Assembly (NCBI GenBank): GCA_963734495.1
Contig: CAVTHK010000007.1
Coordinates: 256,001 to 320,000, forward strand
DNA: 64,000 nucleotides
Source of the DNA: an uncultured Spirochaetota bacterium
Lineage (GTDB): Bacteria > Spirochaetota > Spirochaetia > SZUA-6 > CAVTHK01
Reading direction: 5' to 3'
Position 1 is the stretch's first letter; the number at the start of each line of letters is the position of its first letter. The notes below the pieces were generated by a model. That model ran no database searches. It saw only the letters and a program-made list of their open reading frames with translations, and had not been told where the DNA came from. Made by a program: the position numbers and the translations under genes. Below, one piece after another: positions 55,440 through 64,000 of the stretch.

Positions 55440-55515
55440 CCCTCTCTCCTTGTCAGGCCATCAGACCTCTCGGTCCAGCGAAGAGGTGATCGAGCATTAC
55501 CTCATTCAACGAGGA

Positions 55516-55543
55516 ATTATACTCCGGGTCCGGGCTTTGTCAA
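55516..55543 (-). promoter_or_regulatory. sigma70 promoter of flaA operon
   Basis: Minus strand perfect TTGACA-N16-TATAAT. Confidence 0.75.
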
Positions 55544-55596
55544 ACAATTTTCCCTGTCGCGCGTCGCGCGCGCGAAAAACCGTGCACCGCTTGCGC

Positions 55597-56499
55597 CTAA
55601 CAGCTATCACGGCGGCGCGGGCCGTACGCGGCTGACCCGGCTCGCGCGGCGCACGGCCAGGCAGCGCCGTGAGCGAGCCTGCGCGCAACGACCAGTCGCC
55701 CCGGAAGACGGATCTCTCGCGAAGCCCGCCACTCCGCTGCGGGTGCGAGCGCCGCTTCGACCGCGGCGCTCCAGTCCGGCTCCACCGTGGCGAGAACGAC
55801 GGTCGCGAACGCCGCGCTCGTCTCCTGTCCTTCGACGATAGCAAGACGCCGCGCCCCTCGAGCATCTCCAGGCACTGCGGAGTGGCCGACCGCAGCGCCA
55901 CGAGAAAAAGCCGCACGCCCTGGGCGAACAGGTCGTCGACCGCGCGGCGCAGCTCGGTCCGATCCGAGGACGCGGCGATCGTCCGCTCGCGAAGGCGGGC
56001 AGGCGCGCCGGTGCTGAGGAATCCCTCGCGGAACGCCGACGCCGCTCCGCTCGCGGCGGGGGCGAGCACGCCGACCACGCAGTCCGGCCCCGCCGCGGCC
56101 GCGCGCCGGCCCGCCTCGGCGAACGCCTCCTCGGGCGAGTAGCGCAGGACCGCGACGTTGGCCGCCCGCGCGCCCTGCACGGGCCCGGCGACGAGCACCA
56201 GCGTGCCCGGCAGCGCCGACGCGATCGCTGCGGCAGAGGGGGCCGCGGGCGGGCCCGCGAGGAGAAGCGCCGGAGGCCGGCGCCGCAATGCCTCGGGCAC
56301 GCTCGCGTCCGTAGGGGTGACGACCTCGAGCCCGAGACCGTGCGCGCTTGCGACGCGCGCGAGAGCGCGGCTCGACGGACGCGCCCGCGGCCTCCCACCA
56401 CAGCGGATCGGCCAGCACGGCGATGCGTCGGCCGGCCCCGCAGCCGGAAACCGCGAGCACCGCGAGCGTCACGAGCGCGGCGAGAATCCACCGCCGCAC
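55597..56499 (-). CDS. Putative lipoprotein, binding-protein-like fold (frameshifted)
   Basis: Lipobox VSG-C; middle part lies in the alternative frame 55506-56300. Confidence 0.5.
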   Translation of the reverse strand: MRRWILAALVTLAVLAVSGCGAGRRIAVLADPLWWEAAGASVEPRSRARRKRARSRARGRHPYGRERARGIAAPASGASPRGPARGPLCRSDRVGAAGHAGARRRARAGRAGGQRRGPALLARGGVRRGGPARGRGGAGLRGRRARPRRERSGVGVPRGIPQHRRACPPSRADDRRVLGSDRAAPRGRRPVRPGRAAFSRGAAVGHSAVPGDARGARRLAIVEGQETSAAFATVVLATVEPDWSAAVEAALAPAAEWRASREIRLPGRLVVARRLAHGAAWPCAARAGSAAYGPRRRDSC

Positions 56500-56510
56500 G
56501 GGGGCGGCCC

Positions 56511-57218
56511 TCAGAAGAGCTCCTTCCGCGCCCATGCGACAGCCGATAGCGACGCGAGCCCGGCCGCTACCGCAAGCGCGGCGATCGTGTAGTGCGTGCG
56601 CTCCAGGCACGTTGCCACGCCGGCGGCAAAAGGAAGCGCGACGTACGCCGCCGCGTAAGCGACACGGAAGAACCCGTAGGATTCGAAGTACACGACCATC
56701 AGCAGAGACGAAAGCAGGAGCATCACGAGGCGCAGCACCGGAAGCAGCAGCGCCGCGTACATGTCCGGCTCCCGCCACTGCCCGAGCATGAGCGCCACCG
56801 CCACCATCGTGTAGAAGCCGGAGGAGAAACTGAAGAAGTCGTCCCACCGGCGCCGGCCCGCCTCGTTCTCGAGCGTGCCGTAGCCGCGGATCAGGAGCCA
56901 GCCCGCGGTCACGGCCGCGTGCAGCCCGAGGTGGTCCACCGCCGTCAGCTCCAGGTAGTGGGGGAAAGCGCGATAAGTCTCGGGGAGAGCGGCACGGAGG
57001 ATCGCCGGCACGAGCAGCGAGGGGACCGCGACCGCCGCCCCCTGCAGCGCCCGGCCCAGCCCCGCGCGTGAGCGACGCTCGTCGCCGAGAGACATGAGGA
57101 TGAAATAGGCCGCAGGCACCGACAGGACGAGGAAGAGGTACACGCCTTCAGACGCCACCGGAAGGTTCGCGATGATGACCGACAGCCGCCGCCGGGGGCG
57201 TGCCGGCGGTCCGCTCAC
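56511..57218 (-). CDS. Integral membrane protein
   Basis: About seven hydrophobic segments. Confidence 0.75.
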   Translation of the reverse strand: MSGPPARPRRRLSVIIANLPVASEGVYLFLVLSVPAAYFILMSLGDERRSRAGLGRALQGAAVAVPSLLVPAILRAALPETYRAFPHYLELTAVDHLGLHAAVTAGWLLIRGYGTLENEAGRRRWDDFFSFSSGFYTMVAVALMLGQWREPDMYAALLLPVLRLVMLLLSSLLMVVYFESYGFFRVAYAAAYVALPFAAGVATCLERTHYTIAALAVAAGLASLSAVAWARKELF

Positions 57219-57412
57219 GAAGGCCGACCGCAGCCTCCGCAGCGGCAGGCTCCATACACCGTTTCACGGCGCGGAGGATAGCACACGGGTCGTCTCCGGT
57301 CAAAGCAAGGTGCCCGCGGTTTCTGCGGTCCGCGGGGGTGCCGCGGCCGGCGGGCTCGGCGCACCGCCGCCGCGCGCGAGCCGGGCGCGGGTGGCCTGAC
57401 GCCATCGTCAGG

Positions 57413-57441
57413 TTGACACTGCAGCGGGGCGCAGCTACGCT
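57413..57441 (+). promoter_or_regulatory. Putative sigma70 promoter of the cyclase gene
   Basis: TTGACA-N17-TACGCT. Confidence 0.55.
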
Positions 57442-57457
57442 TTCGGCTGGAAAAACC

Positions 57458-60400
57458 GTGAGTCCGAGAACGTACTCGCCGGGGAGAAAGACGGTCGTCT
57501 CGCTTCTCAAGAGCTACTACGACGAGGAGATATTCTCCCTCCTCATCCGGGAGTTCTATTCGGCGGACCGGGCCGTGAGCCTGGAGGCTATCGAGAGCTC
57601 CGCTTCGCTCGGCAACGAGCTCGCGGTCCCGCACCTCTACCGCATCCTCGAGGCGGGAAGCCTGGAGCAGAAGATCGCGGCGGCGCGGGCGCTCGCCGAG
57701 ATCAGGGCGCCGTCTTCGGTCGAGCACCTGATCCGCTACTACTCGCTGTTCTCCGAGACCGCGCTCAAGCGCGAGCTGCTCGCCGCCGCCAACCGCATCG
57801 CGGCGCACGAGGAGGCCGTTCAGGAGCTCGACCGCAACGTGCTGCAGACGCCGGGAGTCGACGCGGATCTGGCCGCCGAGGCTCTCGCCGGGCTCATCGA
57901 CGCGGGCCGGGCGGACGTCGCGCGGACGCACCTCGCCTCGGCGCCGACGGCGGCGCAGCTCGCCGCGCTGCGGCGGCTGGCGGAGCTCGACGGCGAGCGC
58001 AGCCCCGGCCTCCTCGACGCGTTCCGCGAGCGCCTGGATGCGCTCGCGCCCGAGGTGCTCGGCCGCACGATCGCCGTCATCGCCGTCCGCGACGTGCCGG
58101 CTCTCCACGCGCAGCTCGTCGACCGGCTGAGGCGCGCGCAGCCGCACGTCACGCGGGCCTTTCTCGCGGCCCTCACCGAGGCGCCGGCCCCCCTTCCCCA
58201 CCCCAAGCACATGTTCCGCCTCGCGCTCGTCGCTCCGCACGTGGACTTCGAGACCGAGGCGGTCGTAGGCGGCCTCGTGCAGCGGATCGTCCGGGAGGCG
58301 ACGTCCGCGCCGGTCGGCGCCCCTCTCGTATTTCTGCTTTACGGTCTCGACGCTCCTCGACAGCGTGTTCGCCCGCGTGCGCAAGGACTTCCTCTCGATC
58401 AGGGGGGTCAAGGGGCGCAGCAGCCTTCTCGTCGTCGTCCTCGCGAAGCTCATCGAGCGCTACGCTTCGCCGCGGCTGCTGCAGCGGGCGCAGAGCCACT
58501 TCCAGGGCAGCCTCCGCGCGAGCGCCGAGGATCTCGCGCGGGAGCTCGAAGCGGCCATGGCCGACGCGCCCGAGGAGGACCACAACCAGAGGCGCGCGGC
58601 CGACTCCCTGTTCGCGGCGCGCAGCCCGAGGCTGCGCATCCTGATCTCGTCGCAGCTTGCGTGCGTCAACCTCGACCGGCCCAACCTGATCCGCAGGCTC
58701 AACCGCCTCGTGCGGGTCGCCGGGCTGCTCCGGGCCAGGGCGACGGCCGCACGGGTCGCCGAGATCCTGGAGTTCGCCCGCGACGAGCGGATCGGCTTCC
58801 TCGAGGAGACGAGCGTCGTCACGCTCTGTCAGCTCGCGCACCGCAAGACCCTCGAAGGCCTGAGGGAGTCGCTCGAACGATCCTGAGAGGGCCGCCACGA
58901 CCGTCCGCGGCTACATCCGGGGCGCGCGCTGGCTGGCGCCCCGCCCCCTGCTTCCGACGATGGCGCGCCTGCTCGCGAGGCCGGATCTCTCGAGCGCCGC
59001 CAGGGCGCTTGCGCTGGAGACGCTCGAGGCCTGGGATCTCTCGCGCGAGCCGGCGACGCTCGGGACGCTCTTCGGCGTCCTCGACCGCGGGACGCTCGCC
59101 GACGGCGAGGCGCAGCGGCTGGGCGACCTGCTGGCCCGCAGCGCGCTGCCGTCGAACGCCGCGCTGCTCATCGACATGAGCCGCAGCGGCGACGCCGTCG
59201 TCAAACGCGCCGCGGCGCGCGCCCTGCGCAACATCGCGGGCCGGGAGGAGCTCGCGGAGCGCGATCTGCTCACCAACGCGCTGTACGCGCTGCTCGACAG
59301 CCACCGGCTGGACGATCGAGGTGCCCGCGCTGCTCGGGCTCGTCAAGCTGGGCGACGACTACGCGCGGCAGGTCCTCACGGAGAACCTGCGCCGGGCGAG
59401 ACGAAGACTACCTGCTCGCGTTCCTGCCCGAGATCGGGGACGAGATCGAACCCGAAATGGTGCCGGAGATCCTCGGTCTGCTCGCCCACCCGGGCCCCCA
59501 GGTGCAGGCGCGGCTGGGCGATGCGCTCGCCCGGCTCGCGGCGGGACGGCTGGCCGAGCAGATACGGGCGGGCCTCATCCGGGCCCTCAAGGGCACAGCG
59601 CGGCCCGCGGCCGAGGCCGCGCCCGCGTGACCACGCCCCCGCTGGCGGACCGGGCCAAGAGCGAGTACCGGTTCCGACGCGAGAACGTCCAGGTGCTGAC
59701 GGTCCTCTTCGTCGACATGGTCGGGTACACCGAGCGCACCGCTGCGTCGGACACGACCTCGCTCCTGAGCACCATCCAGGCGTTCGAGGATGTGGTCCTC
59801 CCGCAGATCGACGCCTACGACGGCCGGCTCATCAAGAAGATGGGCGACGGAGTGCTTGCCGTCTTCAAGCACCCGCTCAAGGCGGCCCTGGCGGCCCTGG
59901 CGCTCCAGGGGAGGATCCGCTCCCACAACGAGTTCCGGCTGGAGCGCGAGAAGCTCCTCGTCCGTGTCGGGCTGAACACGGGGCTGGTCGTCCGCAAGGG
60001 CGGCGACGTTTTCGGAGACGTGGTGAACGTCGCGGCCCGCATGCAGGCTTCGGCCAACCCGGGCGAGATCCTCCTCACCCATGAGACCTACCAGGAGATC
60101 CGCGAGCTCGTGGTCTGCACGCCGCTCGGCGCGATCCAGGTCAAGGGCAAGAAGGAGCCGATCATGGCGTACTCCGCGACGGAGGTGCTCGGCGGCGCCG
60201 AAGGCATGATCGGGAGCCTCGGCACCGGCACCGAGCGGCAGCTGGCGGAGCTCATGCTCACCGAGACGATCGTCGAGCCCGCGTACGTCTTTCCTTCGGG
60301 CGCTCCCGTGGAGGATGGAGTGGCGGAGACGCTCAGCGGTATCTTCCAGGACATCACGCGCGCGGGAGAAGAGCTCACACGCGACTATCACGAGGAAGGC

Positions 60401-60469
60401 GCGTTCAAGAGATACCTGCAGGAGAAGTGGGACGAGCTGGTGCATCGGATCGGCCGTGATGCGCCGTGA
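57458..60469 (+). CDS. HEAT-repeat protein with class III adenylate cyclase domain (several frameshifts)
   Basis: HEAT-like helices (AAARALAEI, AAARALRNI); cyclase LFVDMVGYT, KKMGDG, RVGLNTG, DVFGDVVNVAARM. Confidence 0.82.
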
Positions 60470-60488
60470 CACGCCGTGATGCGCCCCT

Positions 60489-60517
60489 TTGACTAACAGC
60501 CGAGGTGCTGCTATAAT
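60489..60517 (+). promoter_or_regulatory. sigma70 promoter of infC operon
   Basis: TTGACT-N17-TATAAT with TG extension. Confidence 0.8.
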
Positions 60518-60591
60518 CTTGCGTCATACTGCGAGCGGACCGCGCCCCGGGCGCGCGGCGCGCGCGACATAACGGGGGCAGAGGGAACAGG

Positions 60592-61110
60592 TTGGCAGGC
60601 AAGGAATTACGGATCAACCACATGATCCGCGTGCGGGAGGTCAGGCTCATCGACGGAGAGGGTGGCCAGCGGGGGGTTGTCCCCATCGCCGAAGCCCTTC
60701 GCCTGGCGGGCGAGGCGGGGCTGGACCTGGTCGAGGTTTCACCGACCGCACAGCCGCCGGTGTGCAAGCTGCTGGATTACGGGAAGTTCAAGTACGAGCA
60801 GGAGAAGAAGACCAAGGAGTCCAACAAGCGCCAGAAGCAGCTGCGGCTCAAGGAAGTCCGCATGCAGCCCAAGATCGACGGGCATGACCTGGCGTTCAAG
60901 ACCAAGCACATCCAGGGCTTTCTCGAAGAGGGCAGCAAGGTAAAGGTCACGGTCCGATTCCGGGGCCGTGAGCTCGCGCACACCGAGCTGGGGCGCGAGG
61001 TTCTCGAGAAGGTTCTCGGCCTCCTGTCGATCCCGCACACCGTCGAGCGGGCACCGATGATGGAAGGCCGGTTCATGTCGATGTTCGTCGGCCCCAAGGC
61101 CAAGAAGTAG
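60592..61110 (+). CDS. infC: Translation initiation factor IF-3
   Basis: [45 protein letters not shown] start. Confidence 0.96.
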   Translation: MAGKELRINHMIRVREVRLIDGEGGQRGVVPIAEALRLAGEAGLDLVEVSPTAQPPVCKLLDYGKFKYEQEKKTKESNKRQKQLRLKEVRMQPKIDGHDLAFKTKHIQGFLEEGSKVKVTVRFRGRELAHTELGREVLEKVLGLLSIPHTVERAPMMEGRFMSMFVGPKAKK

Positions 61111-61193
61111 AGGCGGCCGAAGACCGCCGTCAAGAGAGGCGGCGGACGCCGCGAACCCCGCGGCAGCGATTTGCCGCGATGCAGGAGCACTCG

Positions 61194-61391
61194 ATGCCAA
61201 AGATGAAGACTCACAAGAGCGCCGCGAAGCGGTACAAGATCACCGCGACCGGCAAGGTCAAGTACAAGAAGCAGGGACTGCGGCACATCCTCACCAAGAA
61301 GACGACGAAGCGCAAGAGGAAGCTGAGGCACAGCGGCATCCTCAACGCCGTCGAGGCTCGCCGCGCCAGAACTCTGCTTCCCTACGGCTAG
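61194..61391 (+). CDS. rpmI: 50S ribosomal protein L35
   Basis: [13 protein letters not shown]...HILTKK. Confidence 0.96.
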   Translation: MPKMKTHKSAAKRYKITATGKVKYKKQGLRHILTKKTTKRKRKLRHSGILNAVEARRARTLLPYG

Positions 61392-61400
61392 GAGGACAAG

Positions 61401-61757
61401 ATGCCGCGTGCCGTAGACGGAACGCACCACAAGGACATCCGCAAGAAGGTCCTCAGACAGGCCAAGGGATTCTGGGGACGCCGCAGCAAGACCTACCGCG
61501 CGGCCAAGGACGCGGTCGCCAAGGCGCTCGCCTACGCGTATCGCGACCGGCGCGCGCGCAAGCGCGAGTTCCGCAACCTGTGGATCGCCCGCATCTCCGC
61601 GGCCTGCCGCAGGGACGGCATGACCTACTCGCGGTTCATCAAGGGTCTCTCGACGGCGGGGGTCCAGATCAACCGCAAGGCGCTGTCCAACATGGCGATC
61701 GAGGATCCGTCGGCGTTTGCCGCCCTCGTCGCCCGCGCCCGCGAGTCGGTCGGCTGA
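61401..61757 (+). CDS. rplT: 50S ribosomal protein L20
   Basis: AKGFWG, AYRDRRARKREFRNLWIARI, NRKALS. Confidence 0.97.
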   Translation: MPRAVDGTHHKDIRKKVLRQAKGFWGRRSKTYRAAKDAVAKALAYAYRDRRARKREFRNLWIARISAACRRDGMTYSRFIKGLSTAGVQINRKALSNMAIEDPSAFAALVARARESVG

Positions 61758-61762
61758 ACGCG

Positions 61763-62155
61763 ATGGTGAGCCTCGATCAGATCCGCCAGCTCGAAGACAA
61801 GGTCAACCGCGCCGTCGAGATCATCCGGGTTCTGAAAGAAGAAAACCGGACCCTGAGGCGGACGGTCGAGGGCTCCCGGGCGCGCATGAAGGAGCTCGAG
61901 GACCTGGTGCGCGTGTTCAAGAACGACCAGGCCGAAATCGAGCGCGGCCTGGTGAGCGCCATCCGCAAGCTGGACCAGCTCGAGGACGGGCTGGACGCCG
62001 CGCGCCGGCCGGCGCCGGAGCCATCGGCCGCGTCGCAGCCGGTGCCGCCGGTGCCGGACCCGCCGGCTGCGGAGCGGGCGGCGGCCGCGGAGGATGCGCC
62101 GCGATCGGCGGCTGAAGCCGCCGGCGCCGGCCCGGGACAGCTCGACATCTTCTAG
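61763..62155 (+). CDS. ZapB-like coiled-coil protein
   Basis: LDQIRQLEDKVNRAVEIIRVLKEEN resembles the ZapB N-terminus; lies just upstream of zapA. Confidence 0.78.
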   Translation: MVSLDQIRQLEDKVNRAVEIIRVLKEENRTLRRTVEGSRARMKELEDLVRVFKNDQAEIERGLVSAIRKLDQLEDGLDAARRPAPEPSAASQPVPPVPDPPAAERAAAAEDAPRSAAEAAGAGPGQLDIF

Positions 62156-62245
62156 CGGCGTGTCGAATTTTGCGCGAGCCGTTGCTCAAGAAGCAACGGG
62201 GTGGCAGGCCGCGGCGCACCGCGGCCGGTCTGAACGGGGCGCCTG

Positions 62246-62545
62246 ATGGAGACGAGCCGCCTCAAGGTGGACATGCTCGGGACCTCTTTCCAGATCCGGG
62301 CAAACGAAGATTCCGCCTACCTGAAAGGCGTGCTCGACTACCTGCGCGAAAAGGTCGACGAGGTTCGCACCGCCGTCGGGCCGGCGGACCCGCTGAAGAT
62401 CGCGCTGCTGGCCGCCCTCAACCTCGTGGACGAGCTCTTCAAGGAAAAGCAGAGGGGCCTCGGAGTGCGCCCGGGCGAGTACGCCGAGATCGGGCGCATC
62501 ACCGAGAGCCTCATCGCGCGCATCGACCGCAGCCTCGGAGAGTGA
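62246..62545 (+). CDS. zapA: Cell division protein ZapA
   Basis: VDMLGTSFQI, KIALLAALNLVDEL. Confidence 0.88.
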   Translation: METSRLKVDMLGTSFQIRANEDSAYLKGVLDYLREKVDEVRTAVGPADPLKIALLAALNLVDELFKEKQRGLGVRPGEYAEIGRITESLIARIDRSLGE

Positions 62546-62557
62546 CGGGGGCCCCCG

Positions 62558-63538
62558 TCAGCAATCGGCCAGCACGGCTTCCCGGTCCATCTGCTCGAGG
62601 CTGCAGCCTTCGACGCTCACGACGGCGGCGCCGATGCTGTTGGCGATGCGGCTGCAGTGGGCCGTCGACCTTCCGATGAGCAGGCCGTAGAGGAAGCCGG
62701 CGGCGAAGAAATCGCCCGCGCCGATCGTGTCGACGACCTTTGCCGGTTTTGCCGGGGTCGCGATGATCTCGCCCCGGTGATTGACGACGCAGCCATCGGC
62801 CCCGGTCTTCATCACCACCAGAGGAGCGAGCTCCCCCGCGCGGGCCGCGAGCTCGCGATCGCTGCCCTGCTCGCCCACGAGCAGAGTGATCTCCTGCCGG
62901 TTGCCGAACAGCAGATCGACCCGCCCCGGAATCCACTCCAGGAACGCGTCGCGATACCGCCGCACGGCGAAGGGGTCGGCGACGTCGAACGCCACCGGAA
63001 CGCCCCGCCGGCGCGCCTCGGCGGCCCGGCCCTCGACCGCGGTCCGCTGGTTCCCGGTGTCCCACATGTAGCCGGTGACGTAGAGCCACCGCGCGTCCGG
63101 GAACGGCTCGTCGCAATCCGCAGGCCCGAAGCTGCGGCTCGCGGCGAGGCAGGTGAACATCGTCCGCTCGTGGTCCGGCGTGACTATGATCGTGGAGGTC
63201 CCCGTGGCGCCGGCCTTGCGCACGAGGCGCGGCTCTACCCCGAGGACACGGAGCTGACGCTCGTACAGACCTCCGATCTCGTCCCGGCCGATGGCCCCGG
63301 CATACAACGGCTGATCGATCGTGCCGCCGCTGAGCCACGCCAGCCCCCGCAGCGTGTTGGCCGCGCTCCCGCCCGGAACCATCTTCGCGACCGTCACCTG
63401 CTCGAGGAGACGCGCCCTCGTCGGCTCGTCAATGAGGTTCATCGTGCCCGCGGTGGCGCCCAGGGCAGCGAGGACGTCGAACCCTGCGTACACCACCATG
63501 TCCATGAGCGGGTTGCAGATGCCATATACGGAATACAA
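62558..63538 (-). CDS. PfkB-family (adenosine/inosine) kinase
   Basis: NPLMD, GGSAANT, ERTM.TCL, DTIGAGDFFAAGFLYG. Confidence 0.9.
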   Translation of the reverse strand: MYSVYGICNPLMDMVVYAGFDVLAALGATAGTMNLIDEPTRARLLEQVTVAKMVPGGSAANTLRGLAWLSGGTIDQPLYAGAIGRDEIGGLYERQLRVLGVEPRLVRKAGATGTSTIIVTPDHERTMFTCLAASRSFGPADCDEPFPDARWLYVTGYMWDTGNQRTAVEGRAAEARRRGVPVAFDVADPFAVRRYRDAFLEWIPGRVDLLFGNRQEITLLVGEQGSDRELAARAGELAPLVVMKTGADGCVVNHRGEIIATPAKPAKVVDTIGAGDFFAAGFLYGLLIGRSTAHCSRIANSIGAAVVSVEGCSLEQMDREAVLADC

Positions 63539-63627
63539 TCGAATCTCCCGGCGCTGGATTACGACCCGAAGTCATATAACGGCGGCCGCCGCTAGTCAAC
63601 GCGGTCGGCCGGGGGAAATTCCGGGGC

Positions 63628-63654
63628 TCAAGTTTATGGGGGGGCCGTCGATAG
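63628..63654 (+). promoter_or_regulatory. sigma28 (FliA) promoter of flaB
   Basis: TCAA-N15-GTCGATAG versus consensus TAAA-N15-GCCGATAA. Confidence 0.65.
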
Positions 63655-63801
63655 TTTGATCGGGGGGAATGGGCTGCGCGCCGTCCGGGCGCGGGCCCCG
63701 CCTCCCCCGTATCTATTATCGGACGAAGTGGAAGCGAGGCTTAGGCCCGACTTTCCCGAAGGAGGCAGGCGGACAGGAGATTTCCCCCATTCCCCGACCG
63801 A

Positions 63802-63815
63802 GGGCAGGGACGCCC
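63802..63815 (+). promoter_or_regulatory. Putative CsrA-binding hairpin
   Basis: GGGC-AGGGAC-GCCC with GGA in the loop, about 20 nt upstream of the AGGAGG RBS. Confidence 0.55.
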
Positions 63816-63846
63816 CGGCAAGCATCGAATTTCAAGGAGGAAACAC

Positions 63847-64000
63847 GTGATCATCAACCACAACATGAGCGCGATCTTCGCGCAGCGCCAGCTCAAGCTC
63901 AACGACCTGGCGACGAACAAGGACATCGAGAAGCTGTCGAGCGGCATGCGGATCAACCGCGCCGGCGACGACGCTTCGGGACTGGCGGTGTCCGAGAAGA
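63847..64000 (+). CDS. flaB: Flagellin FlaB (5' part; not in the ORF track)
   Basis: GTG start after [20 protein letters not shown]...[24 protein letters not shown]. Confidence 0.95.
   Translation, partial: MIINHNMSAIFAQRQLKLNDLATNKDIEKLSSGMRINRAGDDASGLAVSEK

Noticed and set aside
59640..60200. Cyclase as a Pycsar/CBASS defence cyclase
   Set aside because: It has ATP-type specificity residues, no adjacent TIR or TM effector, and a housekeeping context
62546..62557. 6S RNA downstream of zapA
   Set aside because: Only 12 nt separate zapA from the convergent kinase gene

Overview
A high-GC core-genome window from a spirochete (class Spirochaetia). The assignment rests on tandem FlaA sheath genes, a FlaB starting MIINHN, an E-C-A-B-D-I-K V-type ATPase, a spirochete-type LptD, and rplT-zapB-zapA synteny. 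Content in order: 3' end of lon, dtd, a metallophosphoesterase, tRNA-Leu(TAA) plus a decayed tRNA-Leu(CAA)-like copy, two tandem EF-G paralogs, dnaJ-surA-nusB-bactofilin-map-degP-PRTase, phoH-7TM/HD-ybeY-corC-TPR, pgk-tpiA-secG, LptD, uvrA, V-ATPase, argH-CN hydrolase-lhr, LysM/M23 and M16C peptidases, a cNMP-sensing histidine kinase with a second bactofilin, two flaA, a HEAT-repeat adenylate cyclase, infC-rpmI-rplT-zapB-zapA, a PfkB kinase and the start of flaB. Many conserved genes (nusB, pgk, uvrA, atpE, flaA, lhr) carry small frameshifts, most likely long-read assembly errors. No CRISPR array, transposase, integrase or recognisable defence island was seen. I cannot claim a clearly novel system. 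The best leads are a ZapB-like protein ending in a beta-clamp-type motif (QLDIF), a candidate cAMP module around flaA, a complementary EF-G pair behind a promoter-bearing tRNA-like RNA, and a structured pgk leader.
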